Made by a program: the position numbers and the translations under genes. Shown piece by piece: positions 1 through 9,289 of a stretch of DNA of 64,000 nucleotides. The notes under the pieces are model-generated. The model was not told the origin of the DNA and searched no databases. It saw only the letters and a list, made by a program, of their open reading frames with translations. Numbering within the stretch: the first letter of the stretch is position 1; each line of letters opens with the position of its first letter. The DNA is from Deltaproteobacteria bacterium. Its GTDB lineage: Bacteria; Myxococcota; Kuafuiibacteriia; Kuafuiibacteriales; Kuafuiibacteriaceae. Location of the stretch: contig JAVJQW010000062.1 of the NCBI GenBank assembly GCA_040218735.1, forward strand, positions 96,001 through 160,000, read 5' to 3'.

Positions 1-1
1 C

Positions 2-172
2 ACGATGGACTCGGAGCTGTCCGCGGAGCACGCGTTCCACGAGACGCTGAAGGTGCTCAGGGCCCAGACGGAGCGCGCCGATCTCCCGGATCGTGACGCC
101 GTGCTGCAGGCGATCGACCTGCTCTTCGGGCACCCTTACGTCCGCGTCGTGCTGCAGAAGATCTCGGACTGA
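2..172 (+). CDS. 3' end of a CDS truncated by the window edge (hypothetical)
   Basis: Open frame TMDSELSAEH...VVLQKISD* with GC3-biased codons, TGA at 170-172. Confidence 0.6.
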   Translation, partial: TMDSELSAEHAFHETLKVLRAQTERADLPDRDAVLQAIDLLFGHPYVRVVLQKISD

Positions 173-227
173 ATCGGGCGAAGTTTTTGTTGCCTACCCC
201 TCGGACCTCGTCTAGGAGGGACGGCCT

Positions 228-848
228 ATGTCTCGATACACCGGTCCTCGTCTCAGGATCGCGCGGCGCCTCGGCGGCGCCGAGCTGCCCGGCCTCGTGG
301 TTCCGAAGGAGCTTCGTCGCCCGTATCCGCCCGGCCAGCACGGCCCCACGCAGCGCATCAAGCTGTCGGACTACGCGATTCGTCTGCGTGAGAAGCAGAA
401 GCTGCGCCACCACTACGGCGTCGGTGAGAAGCAGTTCCGTCGGTACATGCTCCGCGCCAAGCGGGCGAAGGGCAACACCGGCTCGAACCTGCTGGTGTTC
501 CTCGAGAGCCGCCTCGACAACGTGGTCTTCCGCCTCGGCTTCGCGCGCACCATCCGCGCCGCGCGCCAGCTCGTGGGCCACGGTCACATCACGGTGAACG
601 GTCACCGGTGTGACATCGCGTCCTGCCAGCTCCGCCCCGGCGACATCGTCGGTGTGCGCGAGAAGAGCAAGATGAAGGAGAAGATCGCGGCCGAGGTCGC
701 CGGTCCGGTGCTCCTCGCCATCCCGTCGTACCTCGAGCGCGAGGACACGGCGCTCCGCGGCACGTTCAAGACCGCGCCCGAGTCGGGGGACTGCCCGCTC
801 GCGATCAACGAAGCCCTCGTCGTCGAGCTCTACGCGCTCGCGATGTAG
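228..848 (+). CDS. rpsD: 30S ribosomal protein S4, stand-alone form without the zinc ribbon
   Basis: MSRYTGPRLRIARRLG, LREKQKLR, LESRLDNVVFRLGFARTIRAARQLVGHGHITVNG; AGGAGG upstream. Confidence 0.97.
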   Translation: MSRYTGPRLRIARRLGGAELPGLVVPKELRRPYPPGQHGPTQRIKLSDYAIRLREKQKLRHHYGVGEKQFRRYMLRAKRAKGNTGSNLLVFLESRLDNVVFRLGFARTIRAARQLVGHGHITVNGHRCDIASCQLRPGDIVGVREKSKMKEKIAAEVAGPVLLAIPSYLEREDTALRGTFKTAPESGDCPLAINEALVVELYALAM

Positions 849-854
849 CGCACG

Positions 855-3098
855 CTACGTCCGTTCTTCCAACACACGCTTGGCCAGGGTGAAGCGCACG
901 TTCGTGCCCTGGCCCAGCTCCGACTCGACCCAGATACGCCCGCCGTGGCGATCCACGATCCGCTTGCAGACGGCGAGGCCGATGCCCGTCCCCGGAAACT
1001 CGCGCTCGCTGTGGAGCCGGCGAAACGCCTCGAAGATGCGCTCGTGGTGCGCCGCCGGGACGCCGATGCCGTTGTCCTTCACCGACACGCTCCACGCGTC
1101 GTCGTGAACGGTCGAGCTCACCTCGACGCGCGGCGTCGATTCACCGCGGAACTTGATCGCGTTGGCCACGAGGTTCTGGAGGAGCTGACGCAACATCGCG
1201 GCGTCACCGACGACCACGGGCAGGCTCGACACGATCACATTCGCCTCGGTCTCCGCGATCGTGTGGGAGAGATCCGTCCGCACCTGCGCCAGGATCTGTG
1301 TGAGATCCACCACCTCGAGCTCGGAGACCCGACGCCCGACCCGCGCGTAGTCGAGGAGATCGGTCACCAGGCGTCGGAGGCGCTCGGCGCTCGACTCGAT
1401 GAACCCGAGGTGCAACGCGGCGTCGTCGCTCAGGCCCTCCCCCAGCTCCCCGCGTAGTAGTCCGGCGAACGACACGATCGAGCGCAGAGGCGCCTTGAGA
1501 TCGTGGGAGGCGACCGCGGCAAAATCACCCAGCTCGGTGTTCGAGCGCTCGAGCTCGGCGTTGAGGCGCTCGAGCTCCGCGAGGACACGTTCGCGTTCGG
1601 AGACCTCGTCGTAGATGACGGCGACCAGGTCGTTGTCGACCCGCGCCGCGCGGATGTCGAACAGCTCCCCGGCCTCGCCGAACGGGTACGCGGAGACCCG
1701 CTGTAGCTCTCGCTTCTCGATCGCGTCGACGTACATCTGGGGAAGGTCCGTCTCGAGGAGCGCCGGAGAGATCTCCGTGATGGGGCGATCGAGGAGCCCA
1801 CCGCGTCCTTCCCACCCATCGGTTGCGAAGCGGTTCCCGTCGACGAAGTGGAGCGTGCTCAGGTCGGAGCGATCTTCGATACGCCCCACCAGGACGCCGA
1901 ACGGCAGGTGGTCGAAGATCTCTCGGTAGATACGGAGCGCGTTCTCACGTTCGCGGAGCTCGTTGATGTCGAGCACCGTCACGAAGCGGCGCACCTCCCC
2001 GTTCGCAGCCCGCTTCACCGTGACATCGAACAGCGCCGCGAAGACGTCACCGTCCCCGCGCACCATCGTGGTCTCGAAGCGTTCGTGGCCGCTCGTCTCG
2101 GCCTTCGTCATCGTGTCGCGCGCGGCCTCGACGGCGCTCGGGTGGAAGAGGGACTCGAGACTTCGTCCGATCAGCTCCGCTTCGGTCACACGGAACTTTC
2201 GAACGAAGGCGGCGTTCACGTCCGAGAGACACCCGCCCTCCCCGGGGGCGATGGCCAAGCCGATGCCGGCGACGCGGAATGCCTCCGCCCACTTGCTCAC
2301 CGTCTCGTCGAGCTCTAGGACCGTCCCTTCCGCCTGGCGAAGGTCGGCGATGTTCGTCGACATCCCGCCCAGCCCGACGATGCGACCGTCGTCGGCGTGT
2401 ACGGGGAAGAGCGAGAGTTGGTAGACGAGTCGCCCCTCGGGGGAGCTGAAGTGCTCCTCGTAGCTCTGGACCGCGTTGGCGTTCAGGACCTCGGCGTCGC
2501 GAGCGTCGACCCGACGCGCGTGGTTCGGATCGAAGTCGTGCTGGGTCCGCCCGATGACGTCCTTCGCTTCACCGGTGATCTTCTCGACGGCCTGACGGAA
2601 GGCCCGGTTCACGAAGGTGAAGTGGCCCTCGACGTCCTTCATGAAGATGGGCTGCGGCGCGGCGTCGAGGAGCGCCGACAGCTCGAGTCCACCGCCCGCG
2701 GTCGGCGACAGGTGCGCCGTGCCCGCGACGACGTCGTCGACGGGTTGCAGCGTGCCGAAAATACCGACGTCCGAGCGCTCGACGACGTGACGTACGAACC
2801 TCAGCGCACCGTCCATGCCACGCACCCGCACGGTGTGTGGTTTCGCAGGTCCGCCCGCGCGCGCCGATCGGACGGCCGCCTCGAACGAACGCCGGTCTGC
2901 GGCGTGGATCAACGCCAGCAACCCGTCGAGCGACTTCAGGTCGGCGTCGGGGTGACCGAGCGCCGCGCAGGCTTCGGCGTCGATGGTGAGCGCGTCGGCC
3001 GCGTCGCAGACGTAGGTGTGAACGCCCGCGAGCCGCGCGCGCCGCGTGTCGTCGCTGGGCGAGCCCATCCCCTTGCGGCAGGATGAATCCTCCCCCAC
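855..3098 (-). CDS. Multi-PAS cytoplasmic sensor histidine kinase (true start may be the ATG near 3069)
   Basis: Several PAS-like segments, H-box ASHDLKAPLR, N-box QNLVANAIKF, G boxes DNGIG and GTGIGLA. Confidence 0.93.
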   Translation of the reverse strand: MGEDSSCRKGMGSPSDDTRRARLAGVHTYVCDAADALTIDAEACAALGHPDADLKSLDGLLALIHAADRRSFEAAVRSARAGGPAKPHTVRVRGMDGALRFVRHVVERSDVGIFGTLQPVDDVVAGTAHLSPTAGGGLELSALLDAAPQPIFMKDVEGHFTFVNRAFRQAVEKITGEAKDVIGRTQHDFDPNHARRVDARDAEVLNANAVQSYEEHFSSPEGRLVYQLSLFPVHADDGRIVGLGGMSTNIADLRQAEGTVLELDETVSKWAEAFRVAGIGLAIAPGEGGCLSDVNAAFVRKFRVTEAELIGRSLESLFHPSAVEAARDTMTKAETSGHERFETTMVRGDGDVFAALFDVTVKRAANGEVRRFVTVLDINELRERENALRIYREIFDHLPFGVLVGRIEDRSDLSTLHFVDGNRFATDGWEGRGGLLDRPITEISPALLETDLPQMYVDAIEKRELQRVSAYPFGEAGELFDIRAARVDNDLVAVIYDEVSERERVLAELERLNAELERSNTELGDFAAVASHDLKAPLRSIVSFAGLLRGELGEGLSDDAALHLGFIESSAERLRRLVTDLLDYARVGRRVSELEVVDLTQILAQVRTDLSHTIAETEANVIVSSLPVVVGDAAMLRQLLQNLVANAIKFRGESTPRVEVSSTVHDDAWSVSVKDNGIGVPAAHHERIFEAFRRLHSEREFPGTGIGLAVCKRIVDRHGGRIWVESELGQGTNVRFTLAKRVLEERT

Positions 3099-3125
3099 CC
3101 AAAACGCAATCGCTGCAGGGCTCGG

Positions 3126-3665
3126 TCAGTCCTTGGGGGGCTTCGACGTTCCAGGGGGAGGCACGGCGCGTGGTTTTTGCGCGCGGACCTGCATGGTCGG
3201 CCTCATGTCGGGCGGGAGGATGTCGGCGAACTGAGCGCGCAGCGGCGTCCAGTCCTCCCGGCGGAGCGTCTCGTAGTCGACGTCGCCCTCGTGTCCGAGC
3301 CCCTTCCAGAGCGGCTGGTAGAAGTCGTCGGGTGAGTAGGCCTCCGCGGCGACCTTCGCGAACGCCATCGAAACCACCGGGTCCAGCCCGGAGTCCGACA
3401 GGATGTTGGCGATGGACGCGACCGAGAGCGCCCCGGTCTCGTCCTCGACGAGCGGGAGGCCACCGTCACCGCGGCCGAGGATTCGGTTCATGCTGATGAG
3501 CGGGTCGCGGATGAGGTGCTCGACGAGCGACTTGCGCTCCACGCCCACCCCGGAGGGGCGCTCCCGCATCAGCAGGCGCAGGAGGCACGTCTTCGCCGCC
3601 TGTTCGGCCTGCGCGGACTCGAGGCCGCATTCTTGGAAGATGTCGATCAGCCAGCGTTGGTCCAC
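3126..3665 (-). CDS. Hypothetical protein
   Basis: 179-aa ORF with typical codon bias and GGAG upstream; fills the gap between genes. Confidence 0.7.
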   Translation of the reverse strand: MDQRWLIDIFQECGLESAQAEQAAKTCLLRLLMRERPSGVGVERKSLVEHLIRDPLISMNRILGRGDGGLPLVEDETGALSVASIANILSDSGLDPVVSMAFAKVAAEAYSPDDFYQPLWKGLGHEGDVDYETLRREDWTPLRAQFADILPPDMRPTMQVRAQKPRAVPPPGTSKPPKD

Positions 3666-3798
3666 CGTTGCTCCGCTCCGTCCTGGGCTGGCGGTATGAT
3701 GCCCTCGAATGCACCTTGTCGTCAGCCCACCTCGAGCGCCAGTTTTTGTCGGCCGGGTGGTCCGCGGTGGGGTCTGACGCTATCCTGCGGCTCGCTCG

Positions 3799-6700
3799 AT
3801 GACTGCACCCCAAGCGGCCCCACCGCCCGAGCGGCTACCGGGAGGAGAAGAGCGCGCGGGTTCGATCACGCTCACGGCGACGGTCGCGAGCGGACGCCGC
3901 TCGACCGCCCTGTTCGGGCATCGCGACGGCGAGGCGACGCCCGTCATCGTCCGGCGCCCGCTCGCCAACCCCGCGCGGTTCCTCGCCGACTGTGAAGAGG
4001 CCGGCGGGCTGCGCGTCGGGGGCGCGGGGGTGACGGAAGACGGGATGCCGACGATGCCGGCCGTCGTCGGCGAGAGCCTCGCGACGGTCCTCGCGTCGCT
4101 CTTCGAGCGGCAAGAGCCCCTCCCGATCCACCTCGCGCTGACGGTCGCGATGGGCATCGCGGACGAGCTGTTGAAGCTCGGTAAGGACGGCGTCCACGGG
4201 GACCTCGTGCCGCATCACGTGCTGATCGGCTACGACGGGTCCGTCGCGCTGATCGATCCGGCGGCGAGCGCCTACCTCGATCGTGCGCAATCTGCGGGGC
4301 GCGAAGGGTACCGGTCCCCGGAGCACATCGACGCGGATGGTCTGACGAAGGCGTCCGACATCTTCGTGCTGGGCATCCTCCTCTTCGAGATGACGACTGG
4401 GCACCCGCTCTACGCCGAGCCCACGCACGCGGACAACGAGGTACGTATCAAGGCCGGCGAGATGCCGAAGCCGCGCACGCTGGTGGGCGACGGCTATCCC
4501 ATCGAGCTGCAGCTGGTGCTCCGCAAGATGCTGCGGCCGCAGACGTCGGGCCGTTTCGCGGACGCGCGCGCCGCGAAGGACGCGTTGCGGCTCGCGGCGA
4601 CGAGCCGGTCCGACGTGGGCCCCGACGCGCTGGGGCAGTGGCTGTCGGACCGATTCCGGGAGCGTCGCGCGGCGTGGGACGACCTGCTCGACGCGACGCG
4701 CGGACGGACGGCGCCGATGCCCGTCGCATCGCGTGCCGCGACGGACGAAACGACGCCCCCGTCGCGCGCCCCGACGGCGCTCGAGTCGCGGCCTTCGCGG
4801 CCGTTCTCGCTGAGCGGAATCACCGCCGAGCCCACGGTCCCGACCCGCGCGCTCCCGCGGACGCCCTCGCCCGCCGACGACAAGGAGAGCCCGCTGGAGG
4901 TCGACACGTTCCAGGAGCTCGCGCCCGTGTCGGGGCCGCTCACGATGGAGGCGATCGAACGGGCGGACGCGGAGGAGCGGTCGCTGTTTTCGTTTCCGTC
5001 CGCCAGTGAAACCGACAACGAGGGCGAGGTCGCGGACGACCCGACGGCTTCGCTCCCGCGTGCGCGCAAACGGGGCGCAGGGCGTGCCGCCATCCCGGGG
5101 ATCATCCCGGACCTCCCGACGGAGGTTTCGGGGCGACGCACGCCGCGGTCCGACGAGTCCACGATGGACGAGGCGTCGGAGCCAACGGCGCTCGACGAGA
5201 TCGTGGAGAGCGATCTGTTGTCGGGATCGCTCGAGGCGCTGACGTTGGAGCCGCTCCCGAGCCTGCAACTCGACGACGACGGTGACGGCGCGCCCCGCTG
5301 GCAGGCGCCGTTGGAGCTCGAGGCGTCGGAGGAGACCGCGACGGGGGACGCGCCGGGCCGCGTGCTACCCGACGTGAGCTTCGACGAGCCCGCGCCCTCG
5401 ACGGGTCCCTCGCCCGCGCCGTTCTCCGCGGAGGACTTCCTCGTGGACGACGAGGACGAGGACGCCCTGCCCGCGCTGGCGGCGGACGACGGGGCCTTCG
5501 CGCCGCTCGACGCCGACTTCCTGGACAGCCTCGCCGACGACACCCCGGCGCCCCTCGCGAGCGCCGACTTCCTCGACGCGCTCCCGAGGCCGGAGGACGC
5601 CGGGTTCGACGTCGACGCCTCCCCCACCACCGACCGTCAGAACGCGGCGGGCGCGCTGGCGCTGGACGACGAAGCCCCCGACACGTTCCCGCCGGACGGC
5701 CTGCTCGGGCTCGACACACCCCACGAGGGGGTGCCGGTGGCGCCCCACGACCCAGGCGCCCCGGCCACCGAGCTTTCGACGCACAGCGGCGGTGGGCTCC
5801 CCGCGCCGATCGACGACGACCACCCGACCCGCCGCGGCAGCGCGCTCCCCGCGCCGAGCGGAGACGATCACGCGACGCGACGCGGGCTCCCCGGGACGAG
5901 CGCCGACGGGATCACGTCGGGCCCTGAGCTCTCCTCGCTCAGCCTCGACGAACACCCGACCCGCCGCGGCGGCGGGCTCCCCGCGCCGAGCAGCGGCAGC
6001 GGGCTCCCGGCGCCGAGCCGAGAAGCCGACCCGGCGAGCCGCGGCAGCGGGGTCCCCACGCCGAGCCGAGAAGCGGTGCCGAGCCGTCCGAGCGGGCTCC
6101 CCGCGCCGAGCCGAGACGGGCTCCCCGCGCCGAGTCGAGACGGGCTCCCCGCGCCGAGCCGAGACGGGCTCGCGGCCCGGGCGACCGGCCTCCCCGCGTC
6201 GAGCGGAGACGCGGCCCCGACGAGCCGCGGGAGCGGGCTCCCCGCGTCGAGCGCCGGCGGCCTCCCCGCGCCGAGCGGTGCGCCCGCGACCCGAGGAAGC
6301 GGGCTCCCGGCCGCACGTCCGAGTGGGCTCCCCGCCGCGGGTCGAGCGGCGCCCCCCGACGGCGCCGTGCCGCACGGCTTCACGGACGCTGCGCCGCCCG
6401 CGTTGGCGCTCGAGGACGAGCTGTCCTCGGACCTGCGCCTCGACAAGCCGAGCTTCGACGAAGAGTCCGACTCGCGCGACCTCACCAGCGATCTCTGGGA
6501 CGACGATCCGAACGAGCCCAACGACACGATCGACGAGAGCGCCGCCGAGGACATCCTGACCCCCGACGAGCTCGCGCTCGTGCAGCGCGCCGCCGAGATC
6601 GTCCCCGCCAAACGCGACGACACGGTCCCGCTGCCGATGTCCCCCTTCCGGGCGGCGACGGATCCCAACCCGAACGCCCCGACCGCGCCCCTGCGCGGCG

Positions 6701-7875
6701 CCACGGATCCGAGCGGGCCACCGAGCGGACTGCCCACGCCCAGCGAGCGCCCCACCGCGATGGGCGGGTCCGCGCCGCTCCCCGCGCACAAACCACGTCC
6801 CAAGCCGAACCCGGACGAGATGTCGGTCCGTCCGATCGCACCGCTGATGAAGCCAGCGGAGTCCGACCGTCCGAACCAACGCGGGATCGCCACCCAGGTC
6901 GTGCGTGACCGCATCACCGACCAGCACGGCGCCGCCATCCCCAGCTCGGACTTCGTCACCGAGGGCCAGGTCCCGACGCAGGTCGTCCGCGAGCGTTCGA
7001 CGTCCACGCCGAGACACGACCGTCGCCCCGCCGTGGAGCGCGATCAGACACCGGTCCGCGCCGGACCGACGCTCGTCGACTCGCTGCTCCCCGAAGACAG
7101 CCAAAACAGCGAGCTGGTCATCCCGCTCTCCGACGACGAGATCCGAAACTCCGAGCGGAGGAAGCGCGTCCTCATCGGCGCGCTCGTCGTCGCGCCCGTC
7201 ACGATCCTCGCGATCGGGTTCCTCGCCTACGCGCAGCTCACGCGCGCGCCGACGGCCGTCTCGATCCCCAGCCAGGGCGCCAACGCCGGTGAGGTGAACA
7301 CCGAAGTGCTCGACCGCGCGCGCGTCGAGCCGCCCGTGAAGGCCGCGCCCGACGAGACCCCGGCGCCCGCGGAGGACGGCGCCCCCTCGGGCGTCGAGGC
7401 CCCACCGCCCGCGGCGCCACCGCCGCCCGTCGCCGCGCCGCCGGTCGAACGCGCGCCGCCGCCGGTCGTGCCTCCGCCGCCGCCCGTCGTGCCTCCGCCG
7501 CCGCCGGTCGAGACCGCACCGCCGGTCGAGACCGCGCCGCCGCCGGTCGAGACCGCGACCGACGAACCGCCGCCCGACGAAGCGCCGCCGGACGAAGCGG
7601 CGCCGGACGAGCCGCAGACACCGACGAAGGTCGTCGTGCGCATCCTCCCCCCGCACGCGAAGTTCGAGGTGGACGGCGTGGAGTACCAAAACGGCGCGAC
7701 GCTCGAGGTCGGTGCCGACCCGATCGACCTCCGCGCGTTCGCGAAGGGCTACATCGCGCAGCGCCAGACGATCGCGCCGTTCGAGCGACGCAACGTCACG
7801 GTCCTCCTGATGAAGGAGCCGCAGCCCGAGTCGAACGAACCGGAGACGATCGAGCCCGAGACGATCGAGCCCTAG
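3799..7875 (+). CDS. Membrane Ser/Thr pseudokinase with a long acidic/Pro-rich linker, TM helix and PEGA-like C-terminus
   Basis: HGDLVPHHVLI, IDPA, YRSPEH, SDIFVLGILLFEMTTG; TM VLIGALVVAPVTILAIGFLAYA. Confidence 0.85.
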   Translation: MTAPQAAPPPERLPGGEERAGSITLTATVASGRRSTALFGHRDGEATPVIVRRPLANPARFLADCEEAGGLRVGGAGVTEDGMPTMPAVVGESLATVLASLFERQEPLPIHLALTVAMGIADELLKLGKDGVHGDLVPHHVLIGYDGSVALIDPAASAYLDRAQSAGREGYRSPEHIDADGLTKASDIFVLGILLFEMTTGHPLYAEPTHADNEVRIKAGEMPKPRTLVGDGYPIELQLVLRKMLRPQTSGRFADARAAKDALRLAATSRSDVGPDALGQWLSDRFRERRAAWDDLLDATRGRTAPMPVASRAATDETTPPSRAPTALESRPSRPFSLSGITAEPTVPTRALPRTPSPADDKESPLEVDTFQELAPVSGPLTMEAIERADAEERSLFSFPSASETDNEGEVADDPTASLPRARKRGAGRAAIPGIIPDLPTEVSGRRTPRSDESTMDEASEPTALDEIVESDLLSGSLEALTLEPLPSLQLDDDGDGAPRWQAPLELEASEETATGDAPGRVLPDVSFDEPAPSTGPSPAPFSAEDFLVDDEDEDALPALAADDGAFAPLDADFLDSLADDTPAPLASADFLDALPRPEDAGFDVDASPTTDRQNAAGALALDDEAPDTFPPDGLLGLDTPHEGVPVAPHDPGAPATELSTHSGGGLPAPIDDDHPTRRGSALPAPSGDDHATRRGLPGTSADGITSGPELSSLSLDEHPTRRGGGLPAPSSGSGLPAPSREADPASRGSGVPTPSREAVPSRPSGLPAPSRDGLPAPSRDGLPAPSRDGLAARATGLPASSGDAAPTSRGSGLPASSAGGLPAPSGAPATRGSGLPAARPSGLPAAGRAAPPDGAVPHGFTDAAPPALALEDELSSDLRLDKPSFDEESDSRDLTSDLWDDDPNEPNDTIDESAAEDILTPDELALVQRAAEIVPAKRDDTVPLPMSPFRAATDPNPNAPTAPLRGATDPSGPPSGLPTPSERPTAMGGSAPLPAHKPRPKPNPDEMSVRPIAPLMKPAESDRPNQRGIATQVVRDRITDQHGAAIPSSDFVTEGQVPTQVVRERSTSTPRHDRRPAVERDQTPVRAGPTLVDSLLPEDSQNSELVIPLSDDEIRNSERRKRVLIGALVVAPVTILAIGFLAYAQLTRAPTAVSIPSQGANAGEVNTEVLDRARVEPPVKAAPDETPAPAEDGAPSGVEAPPPAAPPPPVAAPPVERAPPPVVPPPPPVVPPPPPVETAPPVETAPPPVETATDEPPPDEAPPDEAAPDEPQTPTKVVVRILPPHAKFEVDGVEYQNGATLEVGADPIDLRAFAKGYIAQRQTIAPFERRNVTVLLMKEPQPESNEPETIEPETIEP
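6094..6165 (+). repeat. Three tandem 24-bp coding repeats (GLPAPSRD) inside a wider GLPA(P/S) repeat region at about 5790-6340
   Basis: gggctccccgcgccgag(c/t)cgagac x3 read directly. Confidence 0.9.
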
Positions 7876-7891
7876 TCACGGATTCAAGCCC

Positions 7892-9271
7892 TCAGAAGAT
7901 CATGCGGACGCCGGTGCGGAGGCCGATGACCGTGTCTTGTCCGCCCGTGGCGATGCGCGTCGCGTCGGCCGCGGGATCCAGCGACAGCGTGTACGAGAGG
8001 TACTCGCCCATCAGAACGACGCCGACGCGCGACGTGACGCTGTACCGCAGGCCCGCGGACAGCTCGAGGCCACGCGCGGATCCGTTCGGGAAGTAACCCG
8101 GGGCGAGGATCGGCCCGCCCGAGAGCACCGGCAGGAACGCCGCGGTCACCACGAGCGTCGTCTTCTCCACCACCACGGCTTCGACGTCACCGCCGAGGAA
8201 CGCGCTGACGTATGCGACGTTGGGCAGCTCGAGCTCGGGGACGCCGGAGCTGGACGCGTCGAGCGAGAAGCGCATGACGTGGAGGCCGACGCTCGGCGAC
8301 ACCATCACCGGCACACTCGCCGGCACGCGGATCCGATATCCGAGCCGCGCCTCGACACGGTCGTGCGTCGCGTCGTGTGACGGGCCACCGTCGGGGCGAC
8401 GCGCGCTGATGAACGCGGCGCGTGCGAAGCGGACCCGGGCGAAGAGCGGGTCGAGCCAACGCTTGCCGAGCGAGCGGAGGAAGAACGCCCGCACCGCGAT
8501 CCCGGGCACCGGCATGGCACCGATGTCGAACGCGCGGAGGTTGTCCGTCTGCACACCCTCGAAACCCAACGCCCGCCGGTGCAGCCCCAGCTCCAGCGTC
8601 GCCTCGACCAGCAGCTTGCGCCTCGCCCGCTGGGGAGGCGGTGGCGGAGGCGGCGGTGTGATCGTCGCGGTCGCCGTTGGCGACGACTTCGCGGGCGGAG
8701 GCGGCGGAGGCGGTGGAGGCGGCGGCGGCTCGACCTCGGGCTCGAGCTCGTCGATCGGATCGGGATCCGGCGGAGGGGGCGGCGGCGGTGGTGGTGGTGG
8801 AGGCGGCGGCGCCGCGGCGATCAGCTCGGGGCGATCGATGCTGCGACGAATCCACGTGCGCACCAGCCCCGTGGTGCGTCGGCCGAGCCGACAGCCCCCG
8901 CGGGTGTGGATCTTCTCGAGGCCGACGAGGGCGCGGGTCTTCACGTCGTAGGCCTGCAGGACGATGCCGCGCCCGAGGACGTTGCCGAGCACGATGATGT
9001 CGGCCGCGAGCTCGCCCTGCCTCGACTCCAGCCACTTCGCGAGCGCCTCGAACGTCTTGAAGGACGCCCCGGTCTTCACCTCGGTCCACGGGACGACCTG
9101 GAGCTTCTCGGTGGCGATGACCTCCTCGATGCGCCGCGCACACTCCGGGCCGGTGCGCCCCATGAACGGCGACACCGCGACGCGCGGCGCAGCGGTGGCC
9201 TCGGGGGCCGCGAAGAGCACGGTCGTGACGACGAGGGCGAGCCGCATCGAAGAACGCGCGGACCCTAGCAC
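7892..9271 (-). CDS. Exported protein: N-terminal alpha/beta domain, poly-Pro linker, probable outer-membrane beta-barrel
   Basis: Signal peptide, poly-Pro tracts, alternating hydrophobic strands, terminal Phe (GVRMIF); start probably the second Met. Confidence 0.75.
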   Translation of the reverse strand: MLGSARSSMRLALVVTTVLFAAPEATAAPRVAVSPFMGRTGPECARRIEEVIATEKLQVVPWTEVKTGASFKTFEALAKWLESRQGELAADIIVLGNVLGRGIVLQAYDVKTRALVGLEKIHTRGGCRLGRRTTGLVRTWIRRSIDRPELIAAAPPPPPPPPPPPPPPDPDPIDELEPEVEPPPPPPPPPPPPAKSSPTATATITPPPPPPPPQRARRKLLVEATLELGLHRRALGFEGVQTDNLRAFDIGAMPVPGIAVRAFFLRSLGKRWLDPLFARVRFARAAFISARRPDGGPSHDATHDRVEARLGYRIRVPASVPVMVSPSVGLHVMRFSLDASSSGVPELELPNVAYVSAFLGGDVEAVVVEKTTLVVTAAFLPVLSGGPILAPGYFPNGSARGLELSAGLRYSVTSRVGVVLMGEYLSYTLSLDPAADATRIATGGQDTVIGLRTGVRMIF

Positions 9272-9289
9272 GGACCTACATCGAACGCG

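Noticed and set aside
5790-6340. CRISPR-like repeat array
   Set aside because: The repeats are in-frame coding units with no unique fixed-length spacers and no cas genes
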